IMG/VR virus record: IMGVR_UViG_3300046839_000055
Coordinates: 1 to 64,000 of that record
Reading direction: 5' to 3' (one strand)
Length of the DNA stretch: 64,000 nucleotides
Source: a virus
Lineage: Duplodnaviria; Caudoviricetes
The translations under genes were made by a program, and so were the position numbers. Below, one piece after another: positions 30,451-40,372 of the stretch. The stretch's first letter is position 1; each line of letters begins with the position of its first letter. The notes under the pieces were generated by a model. It saw nothing but the letters and a program-made list of their open reading frames with translations, had not been told where the DNA came from and ran no database searches.

Positions 30451-30589
30451 ATATTATGCTGAGTGTTTGTCGGGAAGTTCGTAGCAAACACGGTCTTCCC
30501 GACACTATACTCTACATAATGATTTTCACCGCATAATCCTTGTTATGTAGAGCTCTACATAACGAGGATGTCGTAAGAAAGGTGGCAAG

Positions 30590-30772
30590 ATGATGGATCC
30601 GAAAGTAAAGGAGCAGATCCTTTCGATCCGCGATACGGGACTTACGAACATGTTCGATCTTCCGATGGTTCAGCGCCTTGCCTACGAGAGAGGCTACTTC
30701 GAGCTGGTCCTCTACCTCGAGGATCACCGCGATGAATATGCCCATTTCATCCTGCACGGCGATGCCAGATAA
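30590..30772 (+). CDS. DUF5049-family small protein
   Basis: KEQILSIRDTGLTNMFD...EYAHFILHG. Confidence 0.8.
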   Translation: MMDPKVKEQILSIRDTGLTNMFDLPMVQRLAYERGYFELVLYLEDHRDEYAHFILHGDAR

Positions 30773-30814
30773 TCACAGTAATTCCGGCGCATCTTTGTGC
30801 ACATTATGAGTCTA

Positions 30815-30864
30815 TTCTCCTTGCTATATATCCGGCACAGAGTGATATATGTACATGCCAAAGG
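30815..30864 (+). promoter_or_regulatory. Repeated promoter-like motif, copy 2
   Basis: TTCTCCTTGCTATA...AGTGATATATGTACATGCCAAAGG. Confidence 0.7.
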
Positions 30865-30906
30865 GAAAGGCAAACAAGACAAGCACAAAGCACGGAGGAC
30901 AAAGCC

Positions 30907-31341
30907 ATGACGAACATTTTTGAAGAAACCTACAACCGCATCGCAGAAGCAAAGAAAGCCTACAAGGCAGCCACCACCGCCGAGGGCAGGGACGCCGCAA
31001 GGGAAGCTGCAAAGGCAGCCGAGGACAAAATCGATGAGATGGGCGACATCGCCTGGAAGATCTGGAGAGCCTACGAGAAATCAAGGGACAATGAAAACGA
31101 GATCCTGGACTTCGACGACATCATCTGGGACCGGGATGTGGAAGCCCTCACCGCCTGCATGAGAGAGAACGGCATCAAAGCCTTCACCTACTCCTGCCAG
31201 GCAACGGACGCAATTGAAACCTTATGGCTTTTCAAACAGGCCGGCTGCACGATCGGCGAGATGGTCGAGGTCAACCTTCGGAAAGACCTCTGGGGCAAAA
31301 CCTACGAAAAGGGTCATGCATTCAAGATGAACATCAACTGA
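30907..31341 (+). CDS. Phage hypothetical protein
   Basis: 144 aa, GGAGG RBS, own promoter motif and downstream hairpin. Confidence 0.8.
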   Translation: MTNIFEETYNRIAEAKKAYKAATTAEGRDAAREAAKAAEDKIDEMGDIAWKIWRAYEKSRDNENEILDFDDIIWDRDVEALTACMRENGIKAFTYSCQATDAIETLWLFKQAGCTIGEMVEVNLRKDLWGKTYEKGHAFKMNIN

Positions 31342-31434
31342 AAAGACTCAGGGAGTAAGCCCCGAAGCGGGGCCTCTTCCTCGTACAAATATACACAGAT
31401 CCTCCGGCTTTAATTTGTGACATATATTCTCCGA

Positions 31435-31484
31435 TTCTCCTTGCTATAAAACGGCTTCGGAGTGATATATGTACATGCCAAAGG
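31435..31484 (+). promoter_or_regulatory. Repeated promoter-like motif, copy 3
   Basis: TTCTCCTTGCTATA...AGTGATATATGTACATGCCAAAGG, both blocks identical to copy 2. Confidence 0.7.
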
Positions 31485-31520
31485 AAAAGGGCGCAAAAAG
31501 AAAAACGGAGGATAAAAACC

Positions 31521-31748
31521 ATGTGGAAAAACGGAAGCCTTAAGATTGGAAACCAGATTTTCACCTACTGCGCAAAGGTATACGGAGAGCCTAGCGAGGA
31601 CTACGGCATCGAAGGCGGCAAGATCAGCAAGCTTGAGATTTGCCTCGGAGACTTCCCGGTCGCAAGATACGACAGAGGCTGGGACATCGAGCCGGAAACA
31701 GAAAACGCACAGCTTGCGGTTCTTGCCATCATGAACAACTTCAGATAA
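31521..31748 (+). CDS. Phage hypothetical protein
   Basis: MWKNG...YGIEGGKISKL...YDRGWD; GGAGG RBS. Confidence 0.8.
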   Translation: MWKNGSLKIGNQIFTYCAKVYGEPSEDYGIEGGKISKLEICLGDFPVARYDRGWDIEPETENAQLAVLAIMNNFR

Positions 31749-31853
31749 GAAAGCACCGAGAGGGAGCCGCAAGGCTCTTTCTCTCGTACACAAACCACAT
31801 GGTCTGGATCGCTTCGGCGGTCCTTTTTTGATGCAAGGAAAGGAGGTCGCCTG

Positions 31854-33461
31854 ATGGCGATGCGAAAACTGAAGAATTACAAGCCGACACGCTTTATGGC
31901 GGAGACCTCCCACTACAGCAAGGAGGCTGCAGATTATGCCGTGCTCTTTATCGAAAGTCTCCGGCATACCAAAGGCAGCTGGTACCGGAAGCCCTTTGAT
32001 CTGATTGACTGGCAGGAGCAGATCATCCGAGATCTTTTTGGTGTTCTGAAGCCAAACGGCTATCGCCAGTTCAATACAGCCTACATCGAGATTCCCAAGA
32101 AACAAGGAAAGTCCGAGCTTGCCGCGGCGGTCGCTCTGCTTCTCACCTGCGGCGATGGGGAAGAGCGTGCAGAAGTCTACGGTTGTGCCGCAGACAGAAA
32201 TCAGGCCAAGATCGTGTACGACGTGGCCGTTGATATGGTGCGGCTCTGCCCCGCTCTGGATAAACGAGTGAAGATTCTGGAATCCCAGAAGAAACTCATC
32301 TATCTTCCGACGAACAGTACCTATCAGGTGCTCTCTGCAGATGTCGCCAATAAACACGGTTTTAATACGAGCGGCGTGATCTTCGATGAGCTTCACACCC
32401 AGCCGAATCGGAAATTATACGACGTTATGACAAAAGGATCCGGCGATGCCAGAACCCAGCCGCTTTACTTTCTGATCACGACTGCAGGAACGGATACGAA
32501 TAGCATCTGCTACGAGGTCCACCGGAAGGCACTCGATATTATCGCCGGAAGAAAGATTGATCCGACCTTCTACCCTGTGATCTACGGCGCAGCGGAATCC
32601 GACGACTGGACAGATCCGGAGGTCTGGAAGAAAGCGAATCCGTCGCTTGGCATCACGGTCGGCATCGATAAGGTGCAAGATGCCTGCAACTCCGCCAAAC
32701 AGAATCCCGGCGAAGAGAACGCCTTCCGGCAGCTGAGACTGAACCAATGGGTAAAGCAGGCTGTCCGCTGGATGCCAATGGACAAATGGGACGCCTGTGC
32801 CTATCCTGTGGATCAGGATGAGCTGGAGGGCCGTGTCTGCTATGGCGGTCTCGACCTTTCGTCCACAACGGATATCACAGCCTTTGTCCTCGTCTTCCCA
32901 CCAAGGGATGAGACGGATAAATATGTGGTTCTCCCCTACTTCTGGATTCCGGAAGACAACGTTGATCTTCGTGTGAGGCGTGATCACGTTCCTTACGACC
33001 TCTGGGAGAAGGAAGGCTATCTCGAAACGACCGAAGGCAATGTCATTCATTACGGATTTATCGAGAAGTTCATCGAGAATCTCGGGAACCGATTCAATAT
33101 CCGTGAGATCGCCTTTGACCGCTGGGGAGCTGTCCAGATGGTACAGAACCTCGAGGGCATGGGCTTTACTGTTGTTCCTTTCGGCCAGGGATTTAAAGAT
33201 ATGTCTCCGCCTACCAAGGAGCTCATGAATCTGGTCCTTGAGAAACGGATTGCCCACGGCGGGCATCCGGTGCTCCGCTGGATGATGGATAACATCTTCA
33301 TCCGTCGTGATCCGGCAGGAAACATCAAGGCAGACAAGGAAAAGTCCACAGAGAAGATCGATGGCGCGGTCGCTATGATCATGGGCCTCGACCGGGCAAT
33401 CCGGTGCGGCAACGATAGCGGCGAATCCGTCTACGACGACCGCGGCATCCTCTTTCTCTGA
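31854..33461 (+). CDS. terL: Terminase large subunit
   Basis: IPKKQGKSEL, IFDELH, ITTAG, GLDLSS, KIDGAVA. Confidence 0.96.
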   Translation: MAMRKLKNYKPTRFMAETSHYSKEAADYAVLFIESLRHTKGSWYRKPFDLIDWQEQIIRDLFGVLKPNGYRQFNTAYIEIPKKQGKSELAAAVALLLTCGDGEERAEVYGCAADRNQAKIVYDVAVDMVRLCPALDKRVKILESQKKLIYLPTNSTYQVLSADVANKHGFNTSGVIFDELHTQPNRKLYDVMTKGSGDARTQPLYFLITTAGTDTNSICYEVHRKALDIIAGRKIDPTFYPVIYGAAESDDWTDPEVWKKANPSLGITVGIDKVQDACNSAKQNPGEENAFRQLRLNQWVKQAVRWMPMDKWDACAYPVDQDELEGRVCYGGLDLSSTTDITAFVLVFPPRDETDKYVVLPYFWIPEDNVDLRVRRDHVPYDLWEKEGYLETTEGNVIHYGFIEKFIENLGNRFNIREIAFDRWGAVQMVQNLEGMGFTVVPFGQGFKDMSPPTKELMNLVLEKRIAHGGHPVLRWMMDNIFIRRDPAGNIKADKEKSTEKIDGAVAMIMGLDRAIRCGNDSGESVYDDRGILFL

Positions 33462-33478
33462 TCATGTAGGAGGTATGA

Positions 33479-34816
33479 ATGAGCATCTTTTCAAAACTAT
33501 TTAAATCCAGAGATAAGCCGCAGAACTCCACGAACGGGTCCGGCTATCGCTACTACTTCGGCGGCACGACTTCCGGCAATACCGTAACGGAACGATCTGC
33601 CATGCAGATCTCAGCAGTCTATGCCTGCGTCCGTGTTCTCTCGGAGGCCATCGCAAGCCTGCCGCTTCACCTCTATGAATACACAGAGGAAGGCAGCAAG
33701 GTGAAAGCTGTGAAACATCCGCTTTACCGGCTTTTACATGATGAGCCGAATCCGGAAATGACATCGTATATCTTCCGGGAGACTTTGATGACGCATCTGC
33801 TCCTCTGGGGCAACGCTTACGCACAGATCATAAGGAACGGACGCGGTGAAGTCGTAGGGCTATATCCTCTGATGGCAAACCGGATGCGTGTGGACCGTGA
33901 TGAGAACGGCCACATCTACTATGAGTACCAGATGAATACCTCGGATGCTCCCACGATGAAAACCGGAACGGTCCGGCTCTCCCCGGAGGAAGTGCTGCAT
34001 GTTCCCGGTCTTGGCTTTGACGGCCTTGTCGGTTACTCCCCTATCGCGATGGCGAAGAACTCCATCGGCATGGCAATGGCCACCGAAGAATACGGCGCGT
34101 CCTTCTTTAAGAACGGCGCGAATCCGTCCGGCGTGCTTTCCATGCCCGGGACGGTAAAGGATCCGGAGAAGATCCGCTCCTCTTGGGAAGCGGGCTTCGG
34201 AGGAAGCCACAAGGCCAACAAGGTCGCGATCTTAGAGGAGGGCATGACTTATACCCCGATCTCCATCTCGCCCGAACAGGCGCAGTTTCTGGAGACTCGG
34301 AAATTCCAGCTGGATGAGATCGCAAGGATCTTCCGGATTCCACCCCACCTCATCGGTGATCTGGAGCATGCAACCTTCTCAAACATTGAGGAGCAGTCAC
34401 TGGAATTTGTCACTTATACGCTGGAGCCGTGGCTCGTCCGCTGGGAACAGTCGATGCAGCGCTCTCTCCTGCTTCCGCAGGAAAAGGAAAACTACTTCAT
34501 CCGCTTCAACGTGGACGGCCTGCTTCGAGGAGATTACGGCAGCCGGATGAGCGGCTACGCCACCGGCATCCAGAACGGCATCTACTCCATCAATGATGTG
34601 AGAGAGCTTGAAAACATGGACCTGCTTTCTGACGAGGAAGGCGGCAACCTTCACGTCCTGAACGGAAATGTTGTAAAACTCGCTGACGCAGGATCCGCGT
34701 ATGAGAAGAATACAGAATCAGAAAATAAGGAGGACTCAGATGAATCCACAGAAGAAGTTCTGGAAATGGGTAAGAAACAAAACGCCCGTACCGGAAAATC
34801 CAAGCGAAACAACTGA
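33479..34816 (+). CDS. HK97-family portal protein
   Basis: AVYACVRVLSEAIASLP; LLWGNAY; QFLETRKF; SNIEEQ. Confidence 0.95.
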   Translation: MSIFSKLFKSRDKPQNSTNGSGYRYYFGGTTSGNTVTERSAMQISAVYACVRVLSEAIASLPLHLYEYTEEGSKVKAVKHPLYRLLHDEPNPEMTSYIFRETLMTHLLLWGNAYAQIIRNGRGEVVGLYPLMANRMRVDRDENGHIYYEYQMNTSDAPTMKTGTVRLSPEEVLHVPGLGFDGLVGYSPIAMAKNSIGMAMATEEYGASFFKNGANPSGVLSMPGTVKDPEKIRSSWEAGFGGSHKANKVAILEEGMTYTPISISPEQAQFLETRKFQLDEIARIFRIPPHLIGDLEHATFSNIEEQSLEFVTYTLEPWLVRWEQSMQRSLLLPQEKENYFIRFNVDGLLRGDYGSRMSGYATGIQNGIYSINDVRELENMDLLSDEEGGNLHVLNGNVVKLADAGSAYEKNTESENKEDSDESTEEVLEMGKKQNARTGKSKRNN

Positions 34817-35588
34817 ATCAAGAACCTTGTTCTTAAACGGAACAATCGCTGAAGAGTCGTGGTTTGACGATGACGTCACCCCGGCTCTTTTTCGTTCCGA
34901 TCTTGAGAACGGAACCGGCGACATCACCGTCTGGGTAAACAGCCCCGGAGGCGACTGCTTCGCGGCAGCTCAGATCTACAACATGCTCCGTGACTACAAG
35001 GGAAAGGTCACCGTCAAGGTAGACGGTCTTGCTGCATCGGCAGCGTCCGTCATTGCAATGGCAGGCGATACGGTTCTCGTCTCTCCTGTCTCGATGATCA
35101 TGATCCATAACCCGAGCACTGTTGCGATGGGTGACACGGCAGAAATGCAGAAAGCCATCCAGATGCTCTCCGAGGTGAAGGATTCCATCATCAATGCCTA
35201 TCAGGCAAAGACCGGTCTTTCGAGAAACAAGCTCTCGAAACTCATGGATGAGGAGACCTGGATGGATGCCGGCAAGGCTGTGGAGCTTCACTTTGCAGAC
35301 GGCATGATCGAGCGCGACGAACTCTACGGTACCAAAACAGTACCTGAGACTGACGAAGAGGATGAGCCATCCGAGGGCGATGAGAAACCGGACGAGTCGT
35401 CAGAGGAGATTGAAGAGCAGCCTTCCGGCATGCTTTTCTCCCGCTACCAGGTGGCAGCAGCGATCAATAAGAAACTCTGCGACTACGCAAGGAATCACCC
35501 TGCAACCCCGCAGGCCAAAGATACCACTCACTTACACAGGGTCGATGACCTCGAAAAGAGACTCGATCTCATGAAACAGTTCATCTAA
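34740..35588 (+). CDS. ClpP-like prohead protease
   Basis: VNSPGGD, GLAASAASVIAMAGD, MIHNP, ETWM. Confidence 0.93.
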   Translation: MNPQKKFWKWVRNKTPVPENPSETTESRTLFLNGTIAEESWFDDDVTPALFRSDLENGTGDITVWVNSPGGDCFAAAQIYNMLRDYKGKVTVKVDGLAASAASVIAMAGDTVLVSPVSMIMIHNPSTVAMGDTAEMQKAIQMLSEVKDSIINAYQAKTGLSRNKLSKLMDEETWMDAGKAVELHFADGMIERDELYGTKTVPETDEEDEPSEGDEKPDESSEEIEEQPSGMLFSRYQVAAAINKKLCDYARNHPATPQAKDTTHLHRVDDLEKRLDLMKQFI

Positions 35589-35601
35589 GGAGGAAAATAT
35601 T

Positions 35602-36798
35602 ATGACTTTACAGGAGCTTATGAACAAGAGAGCAAAGGCATGGGAAGCTGCAAAAGCCTTCCTTGACTCTCACAGAAACACCGACGGACTTCTCTCTCAG
35701 GAGGACGGTGAAACCTACGACCGCATGGAGAAGGAAATCACCGACTACACCAAGGAAATCGACCGTCTGAACAGACAGGCAGCTATTGAGGAGCAGATGG
35801 GAAAGCCGACCGCTTCTCCCCTCACTGGAAAGCCGGGAGCCGGCGTAAAGGACGAGCCGGAGAAAAAAGGCCGTGCTTCTCACGCATACGCCAAGGCAAT
35901 GATCGCTGCCATGCGTACCGGATTCCACCAGGTATCCGATGTTCTGGAAGAAGGCAATGACGCGAACGGCGGCTACCTTGTTCCGGAGGAATGGGATTCC
36001 CGTCTGATCGACAGACTCGAGGAGGAGAATATCTTCCGCGGACTTGCGACTATCATCACCACATCCGGCGAGCACAAGATCAACATTGCTGCGACTAAGC
36101 CCGCGGCTGCATGGATTGAGGAAGGTCAGGAGCTCACCTTCGGCGACGCTACTTTCGACCAGGTGATCCTCGATGCCCACAAACTGCACGTAGCCATCAA
36201 GGTAACGGAGGAACTGCTCTACGACAACGCCTTCAATCTTGAGAACTATATCATCGATACCTTCGGAAAGGCCATCGGCAATGCCGAGGAGGACGCTTTC
36301 TTGAACGGTGACGGCAAGGGCAAGCCGACCGGCATCTTCGCTGAGACCGGTGGCGGCCAGACTGGTGTGACCATTTCCGGCACTAAGATTACTGCCGATG
36401 ATGTGATCTCCCTCATCTACGCCCTCAAGCGTCCGTACAGAAAGAATGCCCTTTTCATTCTGAACGACTCCACTCTTGCAGTTCTCCGCAAGCTCAAGGA
36501 TTCGAACGGTGCGTACATCTGGCAGCCTTCCTACACTGCCGGTGAGCCGGATCGTCTCTGCGGATATTCCGTTCTGACCTCTGCTTATGCTCCGGCGCTG
36601 GAAGCTGGAAAGCCTGCCATCGCATTCGGCGACTTCTCCTACTACAACATCGGAGACCGTGGCACTCGTTCCGTTCAGGAACTCCGTGAGCTTTTCGCAG
36701 GCAACGGAATGATCGGCTACGTCGCCAAGGAGCGTGTTGACGGCAAGCTCGTTCTTCCGGAGGCTGTACAGATTCTGAAGGCTGGAGCATCCGCCTGA
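35602..36798 (+). CDS. HK97-family major capsid protein
   Basis: GGYLVPEE, AAWIEEG, GDGKGKPTG, FGDFSYY. Confidence 0.95.
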   Translation: MTLQELMNKRAKAWEAAKAFLDSHRNTDGLLSQEDGETYDRMEKEITDYTKEIDRLNRQAAIEEQMGKPTASPLTGKPGAGVKDEPEKKGRASHAYAKAMIAAMRTGFHQVSDVLEEGNDANGGYLVPEEWDSRLIDRLEEENIFRGLATIITTSGEHKINIAATKPAAAWIEEGQELTFGDATFDQVILDAHKLHVAIKVTEELLYDNAFNLENYIIDTFGKAIGNAEEDAFLNGDGKGKPTGIFAETGGGQTGVTISGTKITADDVISLIYALKRPYRKNALFILNDSTLAVLRKLKDSNGAYIWQPSYTAGEPDRLCGYSVLTSAYAPALEAGKPAIAFGDFSYYNIGDRGTRSVQELRELFAGNGMIGYVAKERVDGKLVLPEAVQILKAGASA

Positions 36799-36855
36799 CG
36801 GATTCCCTCTTAACTAGTAAAGGGGCCGGAGCCAATCACTCCGGTCCATATCATT

Positions 36856-37137
36856 ATGGAGGTGCTTATGGTAAAGCTTGAGGACGCCAAGAAATACCTC
36901 CGGATTGATTATTCGGATGAAGATGCACTCCTGCAAAGCGAGATCTCCGCAGCAGAACGTCTGGTAGCTGATGTGCTGAGGAAGGACTCGCTCGACGACA
37001 GTGACAGCCCTCTCGTCATGGCTGCTGTTCTCTATGCCCTCGCTTACTTAAATGAGCACCGGGAGGAAGCAGACCATCACGCACTGATTCTTACCCTCCG
37101 CGCCATTCTGTTTGGAGAAAGGAGCCCTGGATTCTGA
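36856..37137 (+). CDS. Head-tail connector (gp6-like)
   Basis: LEDAKKYLRID..EDALL...EHRE. Confidence 0.85.
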   Translation: MEVLMVKLEDAKKYLRIDYSDEDALLQSEISAAERLVADVLRKDSLDDSDSPLVMAAVLYALAYLNEHREEADHHALILTLRAILFGERSPGF

Positions 37138-37469
37138 TGAACATTGCAGGCATGAACATCCGCATCACGATTCAGAAAAATGAAATCGTGAAGGACAAGT
37201 ACGGAAACCACACCAATGCGTGGACGGACTTTTTCACCTGCTGGGCAACGCCAGTTCAAAGCGGCGGCTCAGAGAAACAGGAAGCCGGAACCACGAACAG
37301 TACGGAGGCACTTGATTTCACGGTCCGGTATGCGGAATGCCTCGAAGGGCTCGACTCCACGAAGCTCAGGATCCGACACGGCGATGATCTCTACAACGTG
37401 ACGGCGATAGACCCGATGGGATTCCATCACCGAAGTCTGAAATTCCGATGTGAGAAGGTGAAGCGATGA
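37137..37469 (+). CDS. Head closure protein
   Basis: RITIQK..DKYGN..W; FTVRY; position in head-tail block. Confidence 0.85.
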   Translation: MNIAGMNIRITIQKNEIVKDKYGNHTNAWTDFFTCWATPVQSGGSEKQEAGTTNSTEALDFTVRYAECLEGLDSTKLRIRHGDDLYNVTAIDPMGFHHRSLKFRCEKVKR

Positions 37470-37837
37470 AGATAAAAGCAGACGATCTTGCTGCAACGGT
37501 TGAGAAGACACTCTCCGACTACGTGGAGGATGTGAACGATGTTGTAAAGCAGGAAATCAAGGATGCCGGCAAGGAAGCTGTAAAGGAACTGAAGGAAAAA
37601 TCACCCAAGCGCAGAGGCAAGTACGCCAAGAGTTGGCGATCCACAGTTCAGAAGGAAACGGCTGTCGGCGCTGAAGTCGTCGTTCATAACAAGATCTATG
37701 GACTCACCCATCTTCTGGAAAAAGGTCATGCCAAGCGTGGCGGAGGTCGCGTTGATGGGATCCCGCATATCTCGACCGTGGAGGAAGACATCACCGGAAA
37801 GCTATCCGACGAGATTGAGAAGGAGTTGAAAAGCTGA
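37466..37837 (+). CDS. HK97 gp10-like neck protein
   Basis: SPKRRGKYAKSW; LTHLLEKGHAKRGGGRV. Confidence 0.85.
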   Translation: MKIKADDLAATVEKTLSDYVEDVNDVVKQEIKDAGKEAVKELKEKSPKRRGKYAKSWRSTVQKETAVGAEVVVHNKIYGLTHLLEKGHAKRGGGRVDGIPHISTVEEDITGKLSDEIEKELKS

Positions 37838-38419
37838 TGGACAAGATCATCACCATTCTGGATGAGCTGGGTCTTCCCTTTGCCTACGATCACTTTACCG
37901 AGGGTGAAGGACCGGATCCACCTTTTCTCTGCTATCGCTGTCCGAACAGTGATAACTTCGCTGCGGATGGAACCGTGTATTTCCCGATTACCGAGATCGA
38001 TATCGAGCTCTACACGGATAAGAAGGATCCAAAGATCGAAAAGAAACTGGAAGATCTGCTCGTGAAAAGCGGAATCTTCTTTGACAAAACAGAGACCTGG
38101 ATAGAGTCGGAAAAGCTCTACTGTCATGCAGCAAATTAAACTCCCCACCTACCGCACTATAGCGGCAGATTGATTTCTGAAGTTCATAAAAATGATGATC
38201 CTAGCGTGCTGTCTTATGCGGCATGCTTTTTTCGTATACTGTTGACTATTCTAACAATCCGATTATGATAGTCTCCCGAAAGAAGGATAAGAAAAAGGAG
38301 AAGATCCACGCCCAGACAGCCGGTCTTCTCCTTAAGCACTATGTACGCAATGCGAACCGCCGGGCTCTCACCTTGCCAGTGAACACACCACCGTCCCACA
38401 TATACGTAAAGCTAACATT

Positions 38420-38995
38420 ATGATAAGGAGAATTTCGTTACTTTGCAATACCCAGAGGATCTCAGAGCCAGATGATCTTCTGTTCACATACCCCGGAGAT
38501 GAACTCCCAGACCTTTCGCTTGTCAACTGCCCGGCCTGCCGCGCCAGAGGCATGTATCAGCCCCACGGCAGCTACAAGCGCTACGTTGTGGATGTGTATC
38601 GGGGAAAGATATACGAACTCCAGGTCGCTGTCCCCAGAGTCAGATGTACCTGTGGGCATACCCATGCTCTCCTGAAAGACACACTCATTCCCTACTCCCA
38701 GTACACCCTGCGGTTCATCCTCACGGTCCTGAAGGCCTATTTCCGCCACAGCCGCACCGTAGCACAGATCTGTCGGGACTTCTGCATCGCCGCGCCGACC
38801 CTGTACCGGTGGAAGCGTGTCTTTCTGGCACACCGAGAGCTCTGGCTGGGGCTCCTGCGCAGCCGGGACAGTGATCCCTCATACTTTCTGAGATCCATCG
38901 ATCATCAGCCGCATCTCTCTTCCTTCCTGCACGCATTCTTTCTCAGGGCAGCTACCTCATTCCTGCAGCTGCACAGGAATCCGGCATACTCCTGA
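38420..38995 (+). CDS. Zinc-finger/HTH transposon accessory protein (DUF6431-like)
   Basis: CPAC..HGSYKR..RVRCTCGHTHALL..PY; TLYRW. Confidence 0.8.
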   Translation: MIRRISLLCNTQRISEPDDLLFTYPGDELPDLSLVNCPACRARGMYQPHGSYKRYVVDVYRGKIYELQVAVPRVRCTCGHTHALLKDTLIPYSQYTLRFILTVLKAYFRHSRTVAQICRDFCIAAPTLYRWKRVFLAHRELWLGLLRSRDSDPSYFLRSIDHQPHLSSFLHAFFLRAATSFLQLHRNPAYS

Positions 38996-39100
38996 CAGGC
39001 CACACCCTCTATCGCCGCTGATGGCTCTTATTCCATAAGGTGTGAATAGTTCCGGCCTCCTGCCTGATTTAGGATACAGCCATCAGGAGGTAAGAGTACT

Positions 39101-40372
39101 ATGAATAATATTTATGCTAATGATGAACTCGCAAAAGCTACTGCTGTTGCCCAGTTCCGTTTCGCACTGATCGCTCCTGTAATCCAGGGGCTTTATTCTG
39201 ATGCCAGTGCCACGGAGTATTACAAACGGATCACGGAAAAACCGCTGAAGCTTCCAGACGGAACTGCTGTGACATACAGCTACAAGACCGTTGAAAAGTG
39301 GGCATCGATGTACAAACGTGGTGGTTATGATGCACTGATGCCCCAGGCCCGTTCTGACAAAGGTTCTGCCAGAGCGCTCTCTGATGCGGCCATCGAGGAG
39401 ATCTACAAGGTCAAGGAGAAGTTTCCGAGGCTGAACGCCACACAGATCTATCACCACCTTGTTGGCAACGGTCTTCTCTCCTCAAAAGTCAATGTCTGCT
39501 CTGTCCAGCGCTTCATCAGACGTAACGATCTCAAGTCGGCCAGAAATCCCAACGTACGGGACCGCAAACAGTTCGAGGAGGACGCTTTCGGGCGTATGTG
39601 GCAGGCTGATACCTGTTACCTGCCGCACATCACCGAGGACGGGCAGGTCCGCCGCGTCTATGCCATCATGATCATCGATGACCATTCGAGGCTCCTCGTC
39701 GGCGGCGAACTGTTCTACAGTGACAATGCCGCCAACTTCCAGAAAGTATTCAAAGACGCCATCGCAGCCTACGGCATCCCTTCAAAGCTCTACGTCGATA
39801 ACGGCTGTTCCTATGCCAATGAACAGCTTTCCCTCATCTGCGGCAGCCTCGGCGTTGTACTGCTCCACACAAGAGTACGCGACGGCGCCTCCAAAGCGAA
39901 GATCGAGCGCAGCTGGTTAACACTCAAGGAGACCTGGCTGTACAAGCTGGATATGGAGTCCATCCACTCCCTGGCGCAGTTCAACGGCATGCTCAGGGAA
40001 TATATGCGTTCTTATAACACTTCCTTCCATTCCGGGATCGGCTGTACGCCCATGGACCGGTACCTGAAGACAAAGGACCAGATCAAGGCTCCTACCTCAC
40101 AGGAATGGCTGGATGAATGTTTTCTCAACCGGATCAACCGACGCGTGAAGAAAGATGCCACTGTCTCCATCGATAAAGTCAGTTACGACGTGCCCATGCA
40201 GTTCATCGGGCAGAGCGTTGAGATCCGCTTCCAGCCCAGCGACATGAGCACAGCCTTCATCCTTTACGATAAAAAGCGCTTCCCGATCCGTCAGACCAAC
40301 CGTGTAGAGAACTGCCACACGAAGCGTGATAACATCACGATCGACTACGCGAAGATCGGAGATGCATCATGA
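39101..40372 (+). CDS. DDE transposase with Mu-type C-terminal domain
   Basis: WQADT, IIDDHSR, LYVDNG, KAKIER; RRVKKDATVS. Confidence 0.93.
   Translation: MNNIYANDELAKATAVAQFRFALIAPVIQGLYSDASATEYYKRITEKPLKLPDGTAVTYSYKTVEKWASMYKRGGYDALMPQARSDKGSARALSDAAIEEIYKVKEKFPRLNATQIYHHLVGNGLLSSKVNVCSVQRFIRRNDLKSARNPNVRDRKQFEEDAFGRMWQADTCYLPHITEDGQVRRVYAIMIIDDHSRLLVGGELFYSDNAANFQKVFKDAIAAYGIPSKLYVDNGCSYANEQLSLICGSLGVVLLHTRVRDGASKAKIERSWLTLKETWLYKLDMESIHSLAQFNGMLREYMRSYNTSFHSGIGCTPMDRYLKTKDQIKAPTSQEWLDECFLNRINRRVKKDATVSIDKVSYDVPMQFIGQSVEIRFQPSDMSTAFILYDKKRFPIRQTNRVENCHTKRDNITIDYAKIGDAS

Larger units (their letters stand above)
27061..30538 (+). mobile_element. RIT (recombinase-in-trio) element
   Basis: Three overlapping tyrosine recombinase genes between perfect 32-bp inverted repeats (27061-27092 / 30507-30538). 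Confidence 0.92.

Noticed and set aside
31410-33266. Long minus-strand ORFs (328 and 283 aa)
   Set aside because: Antisense to terL and upstream genes, no motifs
38223-38423. Short ORFs in the transposon ends (also 41178-41372)
   Set aside because: Lie in terminal regions with binding-site repeats, no recognisable motifs
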